Below are positions 58,121 through 64,000 of a stretch of 64,000 bases of DNA, piece by piece. Origin of the DNA: an uncultured cyanobacterium (GTDB lineage: Bacteria > Cyanobacteriota > Cyanobacteriia > Phormidesmidales > Phormidesmidaceae). Positions within the stretch are counted from its first letter, which is position 1, and every line of letters begins with the position of its first letter. A model generated the notes under the pieces. The model worked only from the letters and a program-made list of their open reading frames with translations, had not been told where the DNA came from and did not search any database. The position numbers and the translations under genes are program-made. Where the stretch lies: contig CAWBZI010000001.1 in NCBI GenBank assembly GCA_963793265.1, forward strand, positions 224,001-288,000, read 5' to 3'.

Positions 58121-59203
58121 ATGCCCCTAGTTTCTGTTATTGTCCCAGCCTATAACGCAGCAGACACAGTTTTAGAAACCATTCAATCTGTTCTACAGCA
58201 GAGTCTTCAAGATTTGGAGCTAATTGTTGTAGACGATGGATCAACCGACAACACCTTAGCCGTCGTCAACACGGTAAGAGATTCTAGGTTAAAGCTATTT
58301 TCCTTTGAAAATGGCGGCGCTGCTGCCGCTCGTAATCGCGGTATTGAACAAGCAACCGGCGCGTTTTTATCCTTTATCGATGCCGATGACCTTTGGGTTC
58401 CTGACAAGCTCCAAAAGCAGCTTCAGGCACTACAGCAAAATCCCGCAGCAGGCGGAGCCTATAGCTGGACGCTGATTATGGACGCAGCAGGCGAATCTTT
58501 TTATCCTGGTAACTGTGAATCGTTTGCAGGCGATGTGTACGGGCAGCTATTGCTCAGCAACTTCATCGGCAGTGGCTCTAATATGCTAATTCGCAGGGAG
58601 GCTATCGAGCAAACTGGGGGCTTTGATTCGAGCTTGCGATCGCACGAAGACTGGGACTACTACCTGCGCTTATCGCGCCACTGGCCCTTTGCAGTGGTCA
58701 ACGAGCCCCAAATTCTCTATCGCAAAACAGACACTTCCCTGTGCTCAAACTTTGAGGTGATGGAAGAATATATTTTCGTACTGCATGACAAAATGTTCGC
58801 CAGCGTGCCGCCAGAACTCATGCACTTAGAACAGCACAGCCGGGCCAAAAAGTATGATTTTTTGGCCCAGATATCGCTCTCTCACATCTCTAACTGGCAA
58901 GACTGCTGGCGGGCTGTGAGAACGCTGCGTCAGGCGATCGTCCTTCATCCCGCCGCCATCGGCACGCGCAGAGTACAAATTCTCATTGTTAAAGCGCTGA
59001 TGACCCTGGTGCTTACGCCGTCATTGGCCGATCGCGCCCTATCTAAACTGCTATCGCTGCGCGCCAAACGCTATATGGCCAGTCACGTAGGCATTCTGCC
59101 AAATCGAGCCCCTGGGTTGAAGGCACATGGCGCTACAGATTCCGTCAATACAGTAGACACTATCGAATTTCGCTCAGCCACCGACTCTACCCAACGCGTC
59201 TAA
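58121..59203 (+). CDS. GT2 glycosyltransferase (tandem paralogue)
   Basis: VSVIVPAYN, VDDGSTD, FIDADD, EDWDYYLRL; closely similar to 57007-57963. Confidence 0.93.
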   Translation: MPLVSVIVPAYNAADTVLETIQSVLQQSLQDLELIVVDDGSTDNTLAVVNTVRDSRLKLFSFENGGAAAARNRGIEQATGAFLSFIDADDLWVPDKLQKQLQALQQNPAAGGAYSWTLIMDAAGESFYPGNCESFAGDVYGQLLLSNFIGSGSNMLIRREAIEQTGGFDSSLRSHEDWDYYLRLSRHWPFAVVNEPQILYRKTDTSLCSNFEVMEEYIFVLHDKMFASVPPELMHLEQHSRAKKYDFLAQISLSHISNWQDCWRAVRTLRQAIVLHPAAIGTRRVQILIVKALMTLVLTPSLADRALSKLLSLRAKRYMASHVGILPNRAPGLKAHGATDSVNTVDTIEFRSATDSTQRV

Positions 59204-59233
59204 CGCAGTGCGCCTAAACCAAAAAACTCAATT

Positions 59234-60292
59234 ATGTCTTATTGCTCTTTTTCGCAAAAATCCCTGTCGATAATCGCCCTCTTCACAGTTACAACAGTCG
59301 CAATAGAAGGATGGACACTACCTACCTTCAGCCAGCAGGCTCCAATCAACAGCATTCCAACTACGAGCCGTCGTAGCCTCTCCAACAGCTACATCCTCGA
59401 CAGCGGCGATCGGCTCTATCTAGAAGTCTTCGGTCTGCCTGACTACGCCGGAGAGTTTCAGGTGCTCGCAGATGGCTCTGTGCGACTGCCGCTCGTGGGC
59501 CAGGTGCCCGTTCGCGGCCTCTCTTTAGAGCAGGCCCAAATCACCGTAACGCAGGCTTACGGACGCTACATTCACCAGCCCTTTGTCGATCTTAATTTGA
59601 TCAATACCCGGTCGGTACAGATTGCGATCGCAGGTGAAGTAAACCGCCCAGGAGCCTACGCCGTTGAGCCCGACGAAAGCGGCAGCCCAATGACCGTGAC
59701 CAAAGCCATTCAGCTTGCCGGGGGCATCACGCAGCTTGCCAATATCCATCAGGTGCAGGTGCTCCGCTCTCAGGGCGTTTCTGGCGCTGCGCCCGAGTCA
59801 GCCGATGTGGATCTGTGGGCGCTAATTCAGTCGGGCGATATAAAACAGGACGTAGTGCTGCGAGACGGTGACACCGTGGTGATTCCAACGGCACAGTCGC
59901 TTAACGCGGCTGAGGCCACGAGAGTTGCCAGCGCTAACTTCTCACCTGAGAGTATTACAGTGTACGTAGTGGGTGAAGTGGAAAAGCCAGGCGCGATTGA
60001 GCTGCCGCTGAACGTGCCTTTAAATCAGGCGCTGCTGGCTTCGGGCGGCTTTACGAACAGTGCAGTTGAGGGCACCGTTGAGCTGGTTCGGCTCAATCCT
60101 AATGGCACGGTGGTTAAAGAGGCAGTGGAGGTTGATTTTGCGCAGGATGCCGAGAGTGCGGGGAATCCGGTTTTGCAAAACAACGACACGATTGTGGTGA
60201 GAGAAACAGGACTCTCTGAGTTTTCGGAGCGGGCCGGGCAGGTATTTTCGCCAGCGCTGGGGATATTGAGCCTGTTGAGGTTTTTGTTCTAA
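59234..60292 (+). CDS. wza: Polysaccharide export OPX/Wza protein
   Basis: YILDSGD...VLADGSVRLPLVG, two SLBB repeats, C-terminal amphipathic helix. Confidence 0.9.
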   Translation: MSYCSFSQKSLSIIALFTVTTVAIEGWTLPTFSQQAPINSIPTTSRRSLSNSYILDSGDRLYLEVFGLPDYAGEFQVLADGSVRLPLVGQVPVRGLSLEQAQITVTQAYGRYIHQPFVDLNLINTRSVQIAIAGEVNRPGAYAVEPDESGSPMTVTKAIQLAGGITQLANIHQVQVLRSQGVSGAAPESADVDLWALIQSGDIKQDVVLRDGDTVVIPTAQSLNAAEATRVASANFSPESITVYVVGEVEKPGAIELPLNVPLNQALLASGGFTNSAVEGTVELVRLNPNGTVVKEAVEVDFAQDAESAGNPVLQNNDTIVVRETGLSEFSERAGQVFSPALGILSLLRFLF

Positions 60293-60403
60293 CAAGTACG
60301 TGAGAGCCTCATGACTTCCTCAAGGATGTTCTCTATAGTTCTAGGAGAATACCTGGAAAGCGACTTGAAAAAGCGCCAGCGGGACTAGCGCAAAGTAGCT
60401 GAT

Positions 60404-60781
60404 ATGACTCGACGAATTTTGGTAGTTGATGATGACGACTCAATTTTAACGGTTGTTAAGCTGTCGCTGGAGTTCTTGACGGCGTGGGAGGTTACGGCGC
60501 TCAGCTCTGCGACCGCTGCTGTCGCATTCGCCAAATCTGACTGCCCCGACGCGATCATGCTCGATTTGATGATGCCCGAATTAAGCGGCACAGAAGTTCT
60601 TCAGGTATTGCACGCTAATCCTGACACGCAGAATATTCCTATTATCTTTTTAACGGCAAAGGCAGATACGAAGGGGCATCAGTGGCTAAAGAATTTGGGA
60701 GCAGCAGGCGTATTGGTAAAGCCCTTTGAACCAGATGAGATCGCCGATCAGATTAGAGCATTGCTTCACTGGTCGGACTAG
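60404..60781 (+). CDS. Single-domain response regulator (CheY-like)
   Basis: ILVVDDD, LDLMMP, FLTAK, KPF. Confidence 0.93.
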   Translation: MTRRILVVDDDDSILTVVKLSLEFLTAWEVTALSSATAAVAFAKSDCPDAIMLDLMMPELSGTEVLQVLHANPDTQNIPIIFLTAKADTKGHQWLKNLGAAGVLVKPFEPDEIADQIRALLHWSD

Positions 60782-60883
60782 GTACTGCGTTAGGCAATTG
60801 CCCGCCGCCCACGCTTTCCTCATAGGTTCCTCAGAGTCTTCGGCGATAGTGATTGAGACAACGTTGATAAAAGGAGATTCTCT

Positions 60884-61418
60884 ATGTGGACTGTCGCCGA
60901 TATTATGACCAAGACCGTATTCACAATTCGTAGCTCTGCTAAAGTGCATCAGGCGATCGCACTCATGCAAGAAAAACAGGTGCGATCGCTCGTCGTAGAG
61001 CGAGACGTAGCTGGTGGAGCCTATAACATCATCACTGAGCAAGACATTGTTTATCAGGTGACAGCTACTGGCGGCGATCAGACTAGCACCATGGTGGGCG
61101 AGATTATGCAGCAGCCCTGCACGGTAACCTCGTTAGAGGTTAGCCTGCCAGAGGCGGCTAGAGAAATGTGTGACAAAGGCATACAGCGGATGCCCGTCGT
61201 TGAAGATGACAGAGTAGTCGGCATGATCTCGCTTACCGATATTGTGATGAAAAGCGACGTGGCTTCGGTTGAACTGCCCCAGTAACTTTGCAGATCGCGT
61301 GGAAGCGGCCTTACGCAGCAAACGGCTGCATTGGGATGAAACAGGGTATGTAGATCAAGATAGCAAAATGGCACAGGGCGTTTTGGCTGAACTGAGCGTG
61401 GAATCGCCTGCGCGCTGA
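60884..61418 (+). pseudogene. CBS-pair protein with probable degenerate CP12-like C-terminus, split by a +1 frameshift at CCCC 61277-61280
   Basis: The CBS pair ends ...VELPQ*. Dropping one C gives VELPSNFADRVEAALRSKRLHWDETG...KMAQGVLAELSVESPAR* (stop 61416-61418), resembling CBS-CP12 fusions. Confidence 0.6.
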
Positions 61419-61446
61419 GGGAGCACTAGAGGCTTATGATTAGGTG

Positions 61447-63335
61447 CTACACCTTCGGCAGCGTGAAGCAAAAGGTGCTTCCTTTGCCAGGTTCGCTCTC
61501 TACCCAGAGTCTCGCCGCCGTGCTGCTGCACAATCTGTCTGCAAATGGCCAGTCCTAGCCCGGTGCCGCCTAGCCGTCGCGACTCTCTAGAATCTACCTG
61601 TTGAAAGCGCTCAAAGACGATCTCTTGTTTATCAGCAGGAATGCCGGGGCCGCTGTCTTCAATGCAGATCAAAATGTCTTGCGATCGCTGAGTGGCGCTA
61701 AGTGTAATATCAGAATCAGCAGGCGAAAATTTGATCGCGTTGCTCAGCAAATTAGTCAGCGTTTGCGTAATGCGATCTGAGTCAAGAGAGATTGCTATGT
61801 CAGTAGGTTCAACGACTAGCCGAACGTCTAGCTCCAGAGCCATCGGTTCCATCGCCTCAGCCGCCTGCATCATTAGCGCCGCTAAATTGCAGCTTTGTAG
61901 GGTAATGCCCAAACGGCTCTCGATGCGCTCTAGATCTAGCACGTCATTAATCAGACGACCGAGACGATCAGTGCTTTTAAGGGCGATCGCAACTAGCTCT
62001 TTCTCCTTTGGATTAGCATCTTGCTGACTGCATCATCGACATGAGCTTGAGCGAGCCGTGAATAGAGGTCAGCGGTGTGCGTAGCTCGTGGCTCACCATC
62101 GAGATAAACTCATTTTGAATGCGTTCGTTGGCTTTGCGATCGCTAATATCGTCAGTCAGACCAAAGAATCCTTTTACCTGGCCATCAGCCGCTATATCTG
62201 GAATATAGGTTGCTGCTAAATCGCGAATTTTGTTGTTTAAGAATGTTGCGGTTGATTCGTAGTGAACCGCCTGTCCCGATAGCGCTTTTTCAATATAGGG
62301 CTGTGCCTGCTGATAGTAGCTGTCGCCAATGATTTCTTGTACCCGGCGACCTTCCATCGCTTCTACAGATTGTCCAAACCAGTCGGTGTAGGTTTTATTA
62401 CTAAACCGATAGCGCTGGTCTGCATCTATGTAGCAAATCAGCACGGGCAGTGCGTCTGTAATCAGCCTGAGCTGCAGAGTACGCTGTTCGACCAGCGCTT
62501 CTAAATTGTCGAGTAGCTGGGCCTGGGCGATCGCAACACTCATCTGGTCAGCTAGCTGTTCCATTAGCTCTATTTCAAACGGCTGCCACTCTCGCGCTAT
62601 CCCGTTTTGGCAAGCAACCAGTAGGCCCCAAGGCTGGTTTTGTGCGTAGATAGAAATTTCTAAGCTGGCGCGCATTTGAAACTGTTTCAAAAAATAGCGG
62701 CTGCATAGCGTACAGGGATGCTGCGTGAGATCTTCGACGACGCAAACTTGAGGCCCGGTAGTATCAGGTCTGTCCGGGAGGGTTAAATCAGTAACAGCCC
62801 GGTTGAGTAAAGAAGGCTGAATGTCCGGCAGCGTCGATTCTTCGATCACCTGACCGCCGCTATCACCCTGGCGCTCAATGACGATAACGCGATCGCATTT
62901 CAAAATAGCCTGCACCTCAATCACCGCCCGGCGCAAAATCTCTTTTATCTCTAGCGGTTCTCGAATGCGGCGCGTTACGTTACTAACGAGCTGACTCTGC
63001 TGATGCTGATGCTTTCGCGCTAGCTCGATCTGATGATGCTGGGTAAGCTCAGCAGCGCGATCGACAGCTTGCGCCGCTAATCGCTGATTAGCTTGCCGCA
63101 GCGCCATCGCTAGCTGCTGCCGTCCGTCTGCCTCCTTTCGCAAAGCGTGGTGGGTATGCTGAAGCTGCAAATCTGCCTGGCTCAGTTGCGCTGCCTGGGT
63201 TTTGCTCAGGGTTTGCAGATGTTCTATTTCTTCGAGCAGTTGCCTCTGGCGGATGCTATTTTCTTTTTGCTTCTCAACGGCCATAGTATTATCAAATGTA
63301 TTAGCTGGTATCAAAGCAGCAGATTGATCGGCCAA
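61447..63335 (-). pseudogene. GAF-PAS-HisKA-HATPase sensor histidine kinase with two +1 frameshifts (about 62027 and 61513)
   Basis: SHELRTPLTSI, shift to QQDANPKEKELVAIALKSTDRLGRLINDVLDL...NLLSNAIKF...DSGPGI...GGTGLGLAIC, shift to RLWVESEPGKGSTFCFTLPKV* (stop 61447-61449). Confidence 0.85.
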
Positions 63336-63337
63336 GA

Positions 63338-64000
63338 TTACAACAGTGCAGGCATGGCCGGTGCAGGCATAACCTTGCCCGTTCGTTTTAATCGGTTGAG
63401 CAACCGCGTTGGGAGTTCTATCGCCATCGTCGCTTTACTTATGAAGTCATCGGCACCGACATTGAACGCCTGATGCTGAGTATTCGCGTCATTGTGAACG
63501 CTTAAAAACAAAATGGGTAGCTGCTGCCATCTCTCATCGGCTCGCAGTACCCGGCAAATCTCCAAACCATTAGCCTCGGGCATCTCCACGTCCATTATCA
63601 ACAAATTCGGCTGTACCGACGCTAGCGTATCGAGGAGCTGATTTGGACTCTCTAATGTTGTTGTTTGAAAGCCCCAGGGCGACAGCATAGTTTGCAGCAG
63701 CGCTAGCACCTGCGGGTCGTCGTCTATAGCTACCACCCTGGCACATTTGCTCGCTGCTTTTAATGCTTGCTGAATCGTTTCTATCGCATGATCGGGAGAG
63801 GTTGCCCCTTTGAGAATAGCGTCAGCGCCCTGCTGCACTAGCTGGAGTCTTTGAGAAAAGTCTTGAATGTCGGTAACAACAATCGCCGGTATTTCGCTCG
63901 GCTGTTGAGTAAGCGCGCCTAATAGCTTCACGGCTTCATTAAGGGCATCTGCTTCCACCCACAGCAGCATGCCGGTTAACGCCTGCTTTTTGACCATCGC
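63338..64000 (-). CDS. Multi-receiver response regulator (5'-truncated by window)
   Basis: A degenerate receiver followed by an intact receiver (VVAIDDD, MDVEMPEANG, GADDFISK). Frame is open to the window end. Confidence 0.85.
   Translation of the reverse strand, partial: AMVKKQALTGMLLWVEADALNEAVKLLGALTQQPSEIPAIVVTDIQDFSQRLQLVQQGADAILKGATSPDHAIETIQQALKAASKCARVVAIDDDPQVLALLQTMLSPWGFQTTTLESPNQLLDTLASVQPNLLIMDVEMPEANGLEICRVLRADERWQQLPILFLSVHNDANTQHQAFNVGADDFISKATMAIELPTRLLNRLKRTGKVMPAPAMPALL

Larger units (their letters stand above)
1..64000. repeat. Dispersed HIP1 octamer GCGATCGC (highly iterated palindrome), about 80 copies by hand count
   Basis: Examples at 105-112, 1981-1988, 4081-4088, 21600-21607, 27051-27058 and 61681-61688. 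Far above random expectation and a hallmark of many cyanobacteria. Confidence 0.95.

Noticed and set aside
1..64000. tRNA, rRNA, transposase, integrase or prophage genes
   Set aside because: None recognised by eye; a tRNAscan-SE/Infernal run would be needed to exclude small RNAs.

Overview
Cyanobacterial chromosomal DNA: about 80 hand-counted HIP1 octamers (GCGATCGC), roughly 50% GC, with gene content typical of filamentous Leptolyngbya/Phormidesmis-like strains (inference). The window is dominated by two Wzx/Wzy-type exopolysaccharide loci. Locus I (about 10.6-34.2 kb, - strand) encodes an OPX/Wza, an intact Wzc, a metallophosphoesterase, WecA, GT4s, Wzx, a Wzy-like protein, a pyruvyltransferase, four sulfotransferases plus one sulfotransferase-like protein, and two embedded lamin-tail/RTX paralogues. 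Locus II (49.5-60.3 kb, + strand) encodes a Walker-A-degenerate Wzc, Wzy, Wzx, a sulfotransferase, GT4, two GT2s and an OPX. Between them lie a beta-barrel plus secreted octapeptide-repeat gene pair, an orphan YefM antitoxin with a toxin stub, an uncharacterised membrane protein/lipoprotein/FHA-Cys4/glycosyltransferase cluster, tsaE, parA, HU and a stress-type cluster with a baeRF protein. Features missing from the ORF track include a 17-aa leader peptide with a terminator-like hairpin upstream of an ABC exporter, two REP-like GTAG palindromes, a Uma2 remnant, and four apparent +1 frameshifts (ABC exporter, CBS-CP12-like gene, two in a histidine kinase) that may be assembly errors. No rRNA, tRNA, CRISPR array or transposase was recognised. 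All family calls come from motif recognition by eye; no database searches were run.
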